64,000 nt of DNA. Source: Gammaproteobacteria bacterium. GTDB lineage: Bacteria > Pseudomonadota > Gammaproteobacteria > Pseudomonadales > Azotimanducaceae. Below the pieces are notes generated by a model. That model made no database searches and was not told the DNA's origin. It was given only the letters and a program-made list of their open reading frames with translations. Both the position numbers and the translations under genes were made by a program. Location of the stretch: assembly GCA_042091155.1 (NCBI GenBank), contig JBELHZ010000006.1:9071-73070 (forward strand), given 5' to 3'. The stretch's first letter is position 1, and every line of letters begins with the position of its first letter. This document shows positions 24,883-34,208 of this stretch, in pieces.

Positions 24883-27849
24883 CTACAGGCTTGCACTCAC
24901 GCGCACGTACCACATGCGGCCACGAGGATCGTGGTTCACAGGGTCGTATGACGTGATGTATGGAACCCAGGGTGGCTCTTCATTGGTGAGGTTTTTCGCA
25001 CCAATAGTGATCGCACTGGAGTTCACGTAGGACATTTCACCCATGTTATAGGTGTACTGCACGTCGGCAGTCGTCCAGCTATCGATGTTGGCATCGTAGA
25101 AGCTAGCTGCTGCGCCATCACCCAATGCCGTACGGACCGTTTCTCTCCAAAACGCATCGGTGCCGGTGAGGGTCTTTTTGGTGTAGCCGTCAACGTGTCG
25201 GATCGCAAGAAACGCACTGTGATCGTTCATACGCCAGTTCAAAGACGTATTGATCTTGAACTCAGGATGAGGACGACGTGGCGCGACAGGGTTGTTTTCG
25301 TTGTAGAAACCAAGTCCGTCATAGGTGCTGTCACCGGTTTCGATATCGTACTCAAGACCGTAGTTACCTTGCAGGCCAAGCTTGAACGCACCGTAATCGG
25401 TGTCAAAGCTGTATGACGCTTGCAGATCAATACCGGAGATTGATGCGTTGCTCAGATTCAAGAAATCGGGCAGTACGCGAACCACGATACCAGCACCGTT
25501 TCGAACGACCTGATCACGATTACCAGCGCCTGCAGCAATCGCTTCTGTCAGCGTCTGGCCACCAGCGATCGCTGCGTTGAGTAATGCCTCGTCTCCAGCC
25601 AATACACCAGCAAAGCCTTCACGACCGATGATGTCCTCGTACTCGTAATCGTAGTAGTCGAGGTCGATCTGAACGCCTTCCAAGCTTCCTTCAGGAATCC
25701 AAGAGAAACCGACATTGAACATGTCTGCAGTTTCAGGCTTCAGGCTGCTGTTACCTTCGGTGATCGCAGCTCGATACGCGGTACCACTAAAGGCATCCGT
25801 CATATTATGAACTGTTGTCAGGCTTCCGAACAATTGCTGCAGTGATGCAACACGGAACGATGAGCCCCAAGACGCACGAGCAGTCAAAGAGTCAACGGGA
25901 CGCCAGATAAAAGAAACCTTTGGATCGGTGGTTGATTCACCGATCTCATCGAAGTCTTCCCAACGCAATGCCGCATTCATCTCTAAGTTGTCACCGATGG
26001 GCACACTTATCTCGCCGAACAGAGCGGTTGTGGTCAACGTTCCGTTCCAATCCGATTGTCCGTAAACGAAGTCCAAGTTTGCAGAGTTGGTCGTGGCATC
26101 GAAGACTACGCGTGCGGAGTCTTCACGGCGTTGGAAACCAATCGCCAGGCCAATAGGTCCAGAATTGGTATCAAACAACTCGCCTGCGATGGTCGCGTCA
26201 ATCACGCGCTGGCGGTACTGAGAGTCACTGGTGGTTCGACCCAGCAGATACTGGTACAGCTCTGCTGGATTGCGCAACGTCAGATCCGTTTGAGCAGATC
26301 CATCAGCAGCAAAAGCCGAGTTTCCGAACGGGTTAAAGAAATAACACTGACCCGCGGCAAAATCACCACCAGAGGCTGCATAAGCTAAGTTACCCTCACC
26401 TGCGGTACCCGTAAAGGGATTACACGCTGGACCGCCAAAGCCATTAATCGCAAGTTCCATCTCGACTGACTGAGTGTCCTGAATCTCGCTGAGAGCGCGG
26501 TCCATTTCACTGGCCGTGTAGGAAACGTCGGCAGTCCAAGCGCGACCACCAAGCTCGAGATCCCAGGTCGCACCGACTTGCATGCGCTGGTTGTTTCGAT
26601 CCATCACAGATTCCGTGACCACTGGGCGATCTTCGTACGAAGAATCTACCGTGCCACCGATCAAGCGAGTGCTGTTAACGATCACCTGAGGAACGATACC
26701 CCGACGGCTGGCGTCTTCGATCAAACCAAGGTGATTGGTAGGAATTGGCAAAGACAATGCGTTGGGGTTCAACGAATTGGTTCGAGCAAATTCAGAACCA
26801 CTGTGAGCGAACTCGTAGTACAGCTCGACGCTGTCATCTAGGTCATAGTGACCTTGGACGTGGAATTGTCTGGAAGACTCTTCGCCTTGCAGCGGGAAGA
26901 ATGAACCAAAGTCATAGGCGCACAGTACGCCACCGTACAACGCACCCAGAGGGCCGCCTTGTCCTGCGGCCGCTGCGTCCTCACAGCTAACGTCTGCTTG
27001 TCCGTAAGAGGATCCGTCAGCCGCCCGCGGGAAAAGCCCGCCTTCAACAGGCTGACCTGGATTCAAACCATTGTCCGCCCATACAGGTGCCTCTGTGTTG
27101 CGCATGCGTCCTGGCTGGCCGGTGCCAGAAGCGGTCGAACCACCAAAGCGGTCATAACGATCAGCAACCGTGATTCGATCTTGGTTCCGCACGCCGGCAG
27201 AAACGATCACGCCTCCGCGATCGCCTTGGGTACCAAAAATCATTTGAAGGTTGTTCGTATCACCCTTCTTAGTTTCATGGTCGGTTTGAAATTCGTACTG
27301 AATATCAAAACCTTCGAAGTTTTTCTTCGTAATGAAGTTCGCAACACCCGCGATGGCGTCGGAACCGTACAACGCCGAAGCACCGTCTTTCACGATTTCA
27401 ATACGCTCGAGCGCGATGTTTGGAATCAATGCGTTGACGTCTACTGCAGCGTTGCCGCCTTCGTCGTAGAAGCTGGCAACGTTTCGCTTACCATTGACCA
27501 ACACCAACGTGGACGACTGGCCCAAGTTGCGCAGGTTCATGGTCATCGCACCACGACCGCCTTCACCACCGAATGTGGAGCTACGGCTGACACTGCCTGA
27601 CTGCCATGGCAGTGTTTGAATAACGTCGGCAATGGACTGCGCGCCCAAGTCGTCGATATCCGCAGATGAAATCACGGCAAGAGGTGATGGTGAGTCTTCG
27701 ACACTTCGCTTCAAATATGAACCGGTGACGACAACCTCCTCAATTTCCTCTTCCGCGAAGACTGCGGGTGCACTGCCGATGGCAATCACACACGCTGAAT
27801 ACAAAAGACCACTGCTACGCAGTGCCTTCTTGGTCAAATCAAGAATCAT
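24883..27849 (-). CDS. TonB-dependent outer-membrane receptor
   Basis: Signal peptide, a TonB-box-like EEVVVTGS, plug motifs (NLRNLG, LVLVNGKR, IEIVKDGASALYGSDAIAGV), a long beta-barrel and a terminal aromatic/Leu end (YVRVSASL). Start trimmed to MILDLTKK at 27849. Confidence 0.9.
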   Translation of the reverse strand: MILDLTKKALRSSGLLYSACVIAIGSAPAVFAEEEIEEVVVTGSYLKRSVEDSPSPLAVISSADIDDLGAQSIADVIQTLPWQSGSVSRSSTFGGEGGRGAMTMNLRNLGQSSTLVLVNGKRNVASFYDEGGNAAVDVNALIPNIALERIEIVKDGASALYGSDAIAGVANFITKKNFEGFDIQYEFQTDHETKKGDTNNLQMIFGTQGDRGGVIVSAGVRNQDRITVADRYDRFGGSTASGTGQPGRMRNTEAPVWADNGLNPGQPVEGGLFPRAADGSSYGQADVSCEDAAAAGQGGPLGALYGGVLCAYDFGSFFPLQGEESSRQFHVQGHYDLDDSVELYYEFAHSGSEFARTNSLNPNALSLPIPTNHLGLIEDASRRGIVPQVIVNSTRLIGGTVDSSYEDRPVVTESVMDRNNQRMQVGATWDLELGGRAWTADVSYTASEMDRALSEIQDTQSVEMELAINGFGGPACNPFTGTAGEGNLAYAASGGDFAAGQCYFFNPFGNSAFAADGSAQTDLTLRNPAELYQYLLGRTTSDSQYRQRVIDATIAGELFDTNSGPIGLAIGFQRREDSARVVFDATTNSANLDFVYGQSDWNGTLTTTALFGEISVPIGDNLEMNAALRWEDFDEIGESTTDPKVSFIWRPVDSLTARASWGSSFRVASLQQLFGSLTTVHNMTDAFSGTAYRAAITEGNSSLKPETADMFNVGFSWIPEGSLEGVQIDLDYYDYEYEDIIGREGFAGVLAGDEALLNAAIAGGQTLTEAIAAGAGNRDQVVRNGAGIVVRVLPDFLNLSNASISGIDLQASYSFDTDYGAFKLGLQGNYGLEYDIETGDSTYDGLGFYNENNPVAPRRPHPEFKINTSLNWRMNDHSAFLAIRHVDGYTKKTLTGTDAFWRETVRTALGDGAAASFYDANIDSWTTADVQYTYNMGEMSYVNSSAITIGAKNLTNEEPPWVPYITSYDPVNHDPRGRMWYVRVSASL

Positions 27850-28118
27850 AATTCTCCCCAATTGATTAACTCTCCTCTCCAGGAGCTTTCCCATCGTGAG
27901 ACGTCACGTTTCGATCGCGCGTCACCCAATGAATAAAAAGTAACACTATAGTCACTAAAAGTTAACACTCTGTTTTCTTTCGAAAACTCAGACAGCGGGG
28001 GAGGCATAAGGAGAAATGAATTGTGGATTATTTCGCAATGAATCTGATATCGAAAAAGGGTTGCGGTATCATGGCGCCCCGCTGAACCAACGGTTTAGCA
28101 TAGCAACCTCAGGACGAT

Positions 28119-30017
28119 ATGAGCGGCAAGACCCCACAGACCCCTTCCTTTAAAGAACTTAAGCTGGCACCGGAGCTTCTCGACACCTTGGAAAGCCTCG
28201 GTTACGAAGCACCCTCACCGGTTCAAGCCCAAGCCATTCCTCACCTATTGAATGGCGACGACATACTCGGACACGCGCCAACCGGCACAGGTAAAACGGC
28301 TGCTTTTGCGCTACCCCTGCTTTCCCGCCTCGATCTGAGCCAAAAGCATGTACAAATCATGGTGTTAGCGCCGACCCGTGAACTTGCGATCCAAGTTGCT
28401 GAAGCATTCAAGACCTATGCGGGCAAGATCAAAGGGTTTCAGGTTCTGCCCATTTATGGCGGACAGGATTACTCAGGTCAGATTCGCGGTCTCAAGCGCG
28501 GCGTGCATGTGGTTGTGGGCACCCCGGGGCGGGTGTCTGATCACATACGTAAGGGCACACTCAAGCTCGACAAAGTGCAGGCTCTGGTGCTGGACGAAGC
28601 CGACGAAATGCTGCGTATGGGTTTCATCGACGAAGTAGAATGGATTCTTGAGCAGACCCCAGAAGCCCGTCAAACCGCGCTGTTTTCCGCGACCATGCCA
28701 AAACAGATCGAAAAGATCGCCAGGCGGCACCTGCGAGACCCGCAAGAAGTATCGATCAAGGCTAAAACAGCCACCGCTGAAACGATTCGCCAGCGTTTTT
28801 GGCTGGTCGGTGGCATGCACAAACTCGACGCGCTAACCCGAATCTTAGAAGTGGAACCCTTTGATGGCGTGCTGATCTTCGTCCGCACAAAAATTGCCAC
28901 GACAGAACTGGCCGACAAATTGGAAGCCAGAGGCTACGCTGCCGCCGCAATGAACGGTGATATGCCGCAAAAGCAGCGAGAGCAAATGGTCAACAAGCTC
29001 AAAGCAGGCGGCCTGGATATTCTGATCGCCACAGACGTTGCAGCACGTGGCTTGGACGTGAACCGAATCAGCCACGTCATCAACTACGACATTCCCTACG
29101 ACACCGAAGCCTACATCCACAGAATCGGGCGAACCGGACGTGCCGGTCGACAAGGCGACGCGATCCTCTTTGTCGCGCCCCGTGAGCGGCGCATGCTCGG
29201 TGCCATCGAACGCGCGACGCGGAAAAAAATCGAACCGCTGACCTTGCCAACCACCGAGACCATCAACAACAAACGCATCGCGGACTTCAAGCAACGCATT
29301 ACAGACACCATCAATCAGGGTGACTTAGCCTTCATGCGCGGTATCTTGGAGCAATATCAAAATGACTCGGATTTAGCGCCATTGGATATCGCCGCGGCGC
29401 TGGCCACCCTGTCGCTGGGTGAACGCTCGTTGTTAGTCAAACCAGAAACTCGTGCTCGCAACGAACGTAACGAACGCAACGCCAACAACGCCCGAGGTCA
29501 AAGAGACCTCAAACCACGAGGCCCCAGATCAGAGCGGCCCGAACGTGGCCGGCGTGAGGAGAACCCACGAGGTAACAAAAAGCGTGGCGCAATCGTGCCG
29601 GCTGCCGACATGGAGCTGTTTCGTATTGAGGTTGGGCACAACCATGAAGTCGAGCCGCGGAATATCGTCGGCGCGATTGCTAACGAAGCAGGACTGGACG
29701 CACAGAACATTGGTCGCATCGACATTCAGGACGATCATTCCCTAGTTGAGCTTCCCGCAGGCATGCCCAAACCCATTTTCGCCGACCTGAAAAAAGCCTG
29801 GGTCTGCGGTCAAAAACTGAACATCGCCCGGGTTGACGGCAACGGCGTCAAAACATCACCTGACGGTAAGAAAGCGAACCGAAAACAAATGGACCGGACG
29901 CAAACCGACAACCGGACACAAAAACCGAAAAGGAAAACGGCGAAGGCAAAAGGCGATCAGGCAAACAAACCCGTTCGACCGGTGAAAAAGCGCAAGCGCG
30001 TAGTCGCCGAAGACTAA
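28119..30017 (+). CDS. deaD: DEAD-box ATP-dependent RNA helicase DeaD/CsdA
   Basis: Q-motif, AxTGTGKT, PTRELA, DEAD, SAT and HRIGRTGRAG motifs, a DbpA-like C-terminal RNA-binding domain and a very basic tail. 632 aa. Confidence 0.95.
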   Translation: MSGKTPQTPSFKELKLAPELLDTLESLGYEAPSPVQAQAIPHLLNGDDILGHAPTGTGKTAAFALPLLSRLDLSQKHVQIMVLAPTRELAIQVAEAFKTYAGKIKGFQVLPIYGGQDYSGQIRGLKRGVHVVVGTPGRVSDHIRKGTLKLDKVQALVLDEADEMLRMGFIDEVEWILEQTPEARQTALFSATMPKQIEKIARRHLRDPQEVSIKAKTATAETIRQRFWLVGGMHKLDALTRILEVEPFDGVLIFVRTKIATTELADKLEARGYAAAAMNGDMPQKQREQMVNKLKAGGLDILIATDVAARGLDVNRISHVINYDIPYDTEAYIHRIGRTGRAGRQGDAILFVAPRERRMLGAIERATRKKIEPLTLPTTETINNKRIADFKQRITDTINQGDLAFMRGILEQYQNDSDLAPLDIAAALATLSLGERSLLVKPETRARNERNERNANNARGQRDLKPRGPRSERPERGRREENPRGNKKRGAIVPAADMELFRIEVGHNHEVEPRNIVGAIANEAGLDAQNIGRIDIQDDHSLVELPAGMPKPIFADLKKAWVCGQKLNIARVDGNGVKTSPDGKKANRKQMDRTQTDNRTQKPKRKTAKAKGDQANKPVRPVKKRKRVVAED

Positions 30018-30119
30018 CGCAACGTCACCGTGTGAACAGTGCAATATTTGTTTGCACGGTGTGAACTTAAAAGCCTGCAAAAAACACTGCCAATTCACTA
30101 GCCAAGGCGCATCTTTACC

Positions 30120-30186
30120 GTGTCTTGGAGGCGATGCTTCTGTGCCATCCCCTCTCCCCCTCTGCGCTACTTCGCCTCCAAGACAC
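30120..30186. repeat. 15-bp perfect inverted repeat (GTGTCTTGGAGGCGA / TCGCCTCCAAGACAC) around a 37-nt C/U-rich loop
   Basis: Read directly. Arms are 30120-30134 and 30172-30186. The loop is tgcttctgtgccatcccctctccccctctgcgctact. The right arm is followed by TTTCATTTCT on the + strand. Confidence 0.6.
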
Positions 30187-30263
30187 TTTCATTTCTCAAG
30201 AAACCCGTCACGCCTTTTCGCGCATCGCATCAACTGCATCGTTACAGGCCTCTCTTCGCTCAT

Positions 30264-30494
30264 TCATCGCTCCCTGCGCCGACTTTTCTTTCGGCCCTGA
30301 TGCCAAGCCAAAGCCCAGCGTAGCGCCTTCGAAAAGGCATACATGTAGAGCAAAAAACCAAGCCAGAAACCGTATGGGTTTCGGCTCGGTGCCACCACGT
30401 AACTCACCAACAGAAACCCTCCGACAAAGGCGAATACGGTTCCGAAAAAAATGCCGAGGTCTCTCAACAGCCCTCGAAAGGTCGAATCACTCAT
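30264..30494 (-). CDS. hypothetical small membrane protein (2 TM, basic C-terminal tail)
   Basis: 76 aa with hydrophobic segments LGIFFGTVFAFVGGFLLVSYVV and GFWLGFLLYMYAF, ending in KKSRRRER. Overlapping + strand ORFs look non-coding. Confidence 0.45.
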   Translation of the reverse strand: MSDSTFRGLLRDLGIFFGTVFAFVGGFLLVSYVVAPSRNPYGFWLGFLLYMYAFSKALRWALAWHQGRKKSRRRER

Positions 30495-30597
30495 GGGTCT
30501 GCACTCTCAACGTGAATCACAATGCGTTTTGCCATTTCATCTTGCGTCTGCAAACTGCACACTGGTCGCCTCCATTGGGTCATTACGAGCAAACAAC

Positions 30598-31050
30598 ATG
30601 AATATCTGGGTTGATGCAGACGCTTGCCCCAAGGCAATCAAGCAAGTGCTGTTCAAGGCTGCCGATCGCTTACAGGTACCATTGACCCTTGTGGCTAACC
30701 AGTACATTCCCACGCCGCCGTCAAAGGTAATCAAGTCCATTCAGGTCGCGCAAGGGTTCGATGTTGCCGACAACGCCATTGTCGAACGCGTGGTCGAAAA
30801 CGACTTGGTGATTACCGGCGATATCCCACTGGCCGCCGAAGTTGTAGCAAAGGGCGCCACAGCCTTGAACCCCAGAGGCACCCACTACACCCGGGAAAAC
30901 GTCAAAGACTATCTGCAGCGCCGCAATAGAGCGGAAGAAATGCGCTCGACCGGCCTGCTCAGCGGCGGCCCTGCAGCACTGGACAAAAAGGATGTGCAGG
31001 TTTTCGCTAACGCGCTGGACCGCATACTGGCGCGCTCTATCAATCGCTAA
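30598..31050 (+). CDS. YaiI/YqxD family protein (UPF0178)
   Basis: MNIWVDADACPK...VVANQ...DFALV-like ...VITGDIPLAA pattern. 150 aa from the ATG at 30598. Confidence 0.85.
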   Translation: MNIWVDADACPKAIKQVLFKAADRLQVPLTLVANQYIPTPPSKVIKSIQVAQGFDVADNAIVERVVENDLVITGDIPLAAEVVAKGATALNPRGTHYTRENVKDYLQRRNRAEEMRSTGLLSGGPAALDKKDVQVFANALDRILARSINR

Positions 31051-31069
31051 GGGCTTCAAACCGCCGCCG

Positions 31070-31558
31070 TTAGCCTGCGGTGTTCAACCCAGCCTGGGCG
31101 TCAGCACCGGTGCGCATGGCGTAAAGCACCTGACCGGTACTGCACAAACGCCCCTCGTCATTCACGATATCAATGGCCACTGTACTCAACTGACGACCTC
31201 GTTTGATCACACGCCCCCTCGCCTCCAGCCACTTACCGTGAGCCTGACGGAGATACGTGATGGACAGATCCGCCGTACCCGCGGGTACGCTACCGGGCAT
31301 GGCCTTACTGAATACGGCTGCTACCGCCGCCATATCCACCATCGTCGCCAACACGCCGCCGTTCACGCTGCCACCTATGCCCGTTGGTGTTGTTTCAGTG
31401 ACGGTAAGCCTCAAACAGGCGTAATCGTCCCCAATGTCAGCGACGGACAATCCGATGAATTCGTGGAAGGGGTTTTCATCGAAACGCTGAAAAAACGCCT
31501 CGCTGTCGCCAATCGGCATCATGTCGTTTTTCACATCAATCCTTTTACTTCTGGACAA
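31070..31558 (-). CDS. PaaI-family hotdog-fold thioesterase
   Basis: 162 aa with NPFHEFIGLSV...GSVNGGVLATMVDMAAVAA, typical of the PaaI/YigI thioesterase family. The start could instead be the internal MMPIG. Confidence 0.8.
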   Translation of the reverse strand: MSRSKRIDVKNDMMPIGDSEAFFQRFDENPFHEFIGLSVADIGDDYACLRLTVTETTPTGIGGSVNGGVLATMVDMAAVAAVFSKAMPGSVPAGTADLSITYLRQAHGKWLEARGRVIKRGRQLSTVAIDIVNDEGRLCSTGQVLYAMRTGADAQAGLNTAG

Positions 31559-31657
31559 ACTTTGCAGGCCGAACGTTACTCTTTCGACGAAAGCGGTGCC
31601 AATTCAGTTTGGGCGGTGGCATTTGAACAACGACACCGTTAGACTCCCGCTCCCCAA

Positions 31658-31731
31658 GGCTGGGTGGCAGAGTGGTTATGCAGCGGACTGCAACTCCGTT
31701 AACGCCGGTTCGATTCCGACCTCAGCCTCCA
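31658..31731 (+). tRNA. tRNA-Cys (GCA)
   Basis: Hand-folded 74-nt cloverleaf. Acceptor GGCTGGG/CTCAGCC (one G-U), anticodon stem GCGGA/TCCGT with loop CTGCAAC, T-arm GCCGG-TTCGATT-CCGAC (one C-A mismatch), discriminator T and an encoded CCA. Closely resembles E. coli tRNA-Cys. Confidence 0.9.
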
Positions 31732-31756
31732 TTTTTCGCTCCGACTGAGTTTTGCT

Positions 31757-32314
31757 CTAGCGAAGCCCTCGGCTGAGCGAGGACCACGCGGCCTGTAGGT
31801 ATTGCCACATACTCCACAACGTCATCACCGCCGCCAGATACAGCAGCACGTAGCCTGCTTGCAGGGCGGTTGAGTCGTTCCCAACGGGCTGAGAGAGCAG
31901 CAAGGTCAGCGCAATCATTTGCAGTGTGGTCTTGATCTTGCCGAGGTAGCTAACCGCAACCGCGACGGAATCGTTCACTTCTGCCATCCACTCGCGCAGT
32001 GCGCTGATGACGATTTCACGCCCAACAATGACCAGGCTCGGCAGAGTCAACCAAGGATCGTTGTGGTAGGACACCAAGATGATCAGCGCGGCGACTACGA
32101 TCAGCTTGTCTGCCACCGGATCCAAAAATGCGCCGAATGGCGTGGTTTGATTCAATCGGCGGGCCAAATAGCCATCGAGCCAATCCGTTATCGCCGCGAG
32201 GGCAAACAACACGCTGGCAGCGAAAATACTCCAATCCTTCTGCAGCATATACAGCACAATGAAAACGGGGATCAGAAGAATGCGGGTGACCGTTATGACA
32301 TTCGGGAGATTCAC
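31757..32314 (-). CDS. pgsA: CDP-diacylglycerol--glycerol-3-phosphate 3-phosphatidyltransferase
   Basis: CDP-alcohol phosphatidyltransferase motif DWLDGYLARRLNQTTPFGAFLDPVADK. 185 aa, located downstream of uvrC. Confidence 0.95.
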   Translation of the reverse strand: MNLPNVITVTRILLIPVFIVLYMLQKDWSIFAASVLFALAAITDWLDGYLARRLNQTTPFGAFLDPVADKLIVVAALIILVSYHNDPWLTLPSLVIVGREIVISALREWMAEVNDSVAVAVSYLGKIKTTLQMIALTLLLSQPVGNDSTALQAGYVLLYLAAVMTLWSMWQYLQAAWSSLSRGLR

Positions 32315-32380
32315 GAAACGTTATCCAGGTTATTTTGACTGATGGAAACACGACGGACGAGGCTCGTCTGAGGCCAGCAC

Positions 32381-34201
32381 CTATTCATGCAGCGCGTTGT
32401 ATATCTGGTGTGCAATGGTGCCACTAATTCCCGGCACTTTCGCCAATTCTTCTGCACTCGCGCCCCGAATACCTCCGGGACTGCCAAAATGCATCAAAAG
32501 CTGGCGTCGACGCTTGGGTCCGACTCCGGCAATTTCTTCCAACTCGCTCTGATTGCGTTTTTTACTTCGACGCGCACGGTGGCCTGTGATCGCAAAGCGA
32601 TGCGCCTCGTCGCGAATATGCTGCAACAGGTGGCCCGCTTCTGACCGGCCGTCGATGACTATTTCCGTTTCGCCGAGGAAGAAACGTTCTTCGCCGGAAA
32701 TACGTTCAACACCCTTCGCGATGCCTAGGGTTTTGACCGATTCAACTTGCAGCTCTTGCAGCACGGCCAAGGCGCGTCGAACCTGGCCTAACCCACCATC
32801 AATGACCAACAAGTCAGGCATAGCCCCTTCGCCCTTGATCAATCGCGTGTAGCGACGACGCAATGCCTGTTCCATGGCCGCATAATCGTCTCCGCCTGTG
32901 ATGCCCTCAATATTGAAACGACGGTACTCCGCATTCACGGGCCCATTGGTGTCGAATACCACGCAGGACGCCACCGTAGCCTCTCCCATGGTGTGACTGA
33001 TATCGAAACATTCGAGCCGCTGAGGCATCTCATCAAGGCCGATCGCGTCCTGCAAATTCTGAAACCGCGCGAGCATATGGCTTTTATCCGCCAAGTGGCT
33101 GCGTAAGTTCAATTTTGCATTGTCCTTTGCCAACGAGAGCCAGCGCGCGCGCTGTCCACGCACATGCTGGGTCAGCTGCACGGCGCGACCGGCTTTTTCA
33201 TTCAGTGCTTCATTTAGCGCTTCGACATCGGTGGACAGGTCGCTCACAAGAATGGATTTTGGAATGTCGCGCTGTACTGAGGCAAAGTAATACTGGGCCA
33301 GAAAAGCCTGCAAGAACTCGTCGGGGGATAGCGAGAGATCGTTTTTGTTGTAATAGGTTCGTTGGCCTAACACCCGACCCGCACGAACAAAAATACCCTG
33401 GACGCAGTTCTGGCCGCCCTCTTCTGCAAAACCAAAGACATCCACATCGCCTGCCGCGCCGTGCACGTACTGTCGCTCCTGAAGCTTACGCAGCTGCTGA
33501 ATTTGGTCACGGTATTTGGCCGCTTTTTCGTAATCCATCTCAGCTGCGGCGGCATCCATCTTCACTTTGAACTGGTCCAGCACATCGATGCTCTTGCCCT
33601 GTAAGAACAAGATCGCCAGATCCACGTCTTCGGCATAGTCTTGCTCGGAAATCATCCCCACACAGGGCGCACTGCAGCGGCGTATCTGATGCTGTAAGCA
33701 AGGCCTTGAACGATTTTTAAAATAGCTCTCATCGCACTGGCGAATCAGAAAAAGCTTCTGCAGCACGTTCAGACTGTCTCGCACCGCGGCTGCCGATGGA
33801 AACGGTCCAAAGTACTTGCCGGAGCCCTTTTTCAATCCCCGATGGAACGATAAGCGCGGATAGGTACTTTGGGTGGAGATATGCACGAAAGGATAGGATT
33901 TATCGTCTCTGAGCAAAATATTATAAGGCGGGCGATCCGTTTTGATCAGATTCTGCTCTAACAGAAGCGCCTCGGTCTCACTCTTGGTTACCGTCGTCTC
34001 GACGCGATGAATCTTCGCCACCATGGCCATGGTTTTGGTCGCCAGCCCTGAGGCTCTAAAGTAACTTGAGACCCGATTCTTCAGGTTACGAGCCTTGCCC
34101 ACGTAGAGCACCTTGCCGTGAACGTCGAACATTCGGTACACCCCAGGCTTACGCGTGAGGTTTTTCAGGAACTGTTCTGCATCGAAATCGGTTTCAGCCA
34201 T
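32381..34201 (-). CDS. uvrC: excinuclease ABC subunit C
   Basis: GIY-YIG (GVYRMFD...LYVGKARNLKNRV), UVR domain, C-terminal endonuclease domain and (HhH)2. 606 aa from MAETDFD at 34201. Confidence 0.95.
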   Translation of the reverse strand: MAETDFDAEQFLKNLTRKPGVYRMFDVHGKVLYVGKARNLKNRVSSYFRASGLATKTMAMVAKIHRVETTVTKSETEALLLEQNLIKTDRPPYNILLRDDKSYPFVHISTQSTYPRLSFHRGLKKGSGKYFGPFPSAAAVRDSLNVLQKLFLIRQCDESYFKNRSRPCLQHQIRRCSAPCVGMISEQDYAEDVDLAILFLQGKSIDVLDQFKVKMDAAAAEMDYEKAAKYRDQIQQLRKLQERQYVHGAAGDVDVFGFAEEGGQNCVQGIFVRAGRVLGQRTYYNKNDLSLSPDEFLQAFLAQYYFASVQRDIPKSILVSDLSTDVEALNEALNEKAGRAVQLTQHVRGQRARWLSLAKDNAKLNLRSHLADKSHMLARFQNLQDAIGLDEMPQRLECFDISHTMGEATVASCVVFDTNGPVNAEYRRFNIEGITGGDDYAAMEQALRRRYTRLIKGEGAMPDLLVIDGGLGQVRRALAVLQELQVESVKTLGIAKGVERISGEERFFLGETEIVIDGRSEAGHLLQHIRDEAHRFAITGHRARRSKKRNQSELEEIAGVGPKRRRQLLMHFGSPGGIRGASAEELAKVPGISGTIAHQIYNALHE

Positions 34202-34208
34202 GCGAGAA

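Noticed and set aside
30052-30601. Overlapping + strand ORFs (30052..30300, 30120..30323, 30125..30601) downstream of deaD
   Set aside because: They mutually overlap, are Pro/Ser/Leu-rich and have no motifs. They also overlap the more plausible minus-strand 2-TM ORF and the inverted-repeat element.
31559-31757. Genomic island integrated at tRNA-Cys
   Set aside because: No integrase, no repeat of the tRNA 3' end and no phage or transposon genes occur on either side. The flanking genes (thioesterase, pgsA) look like ordinary chromosomal genes.
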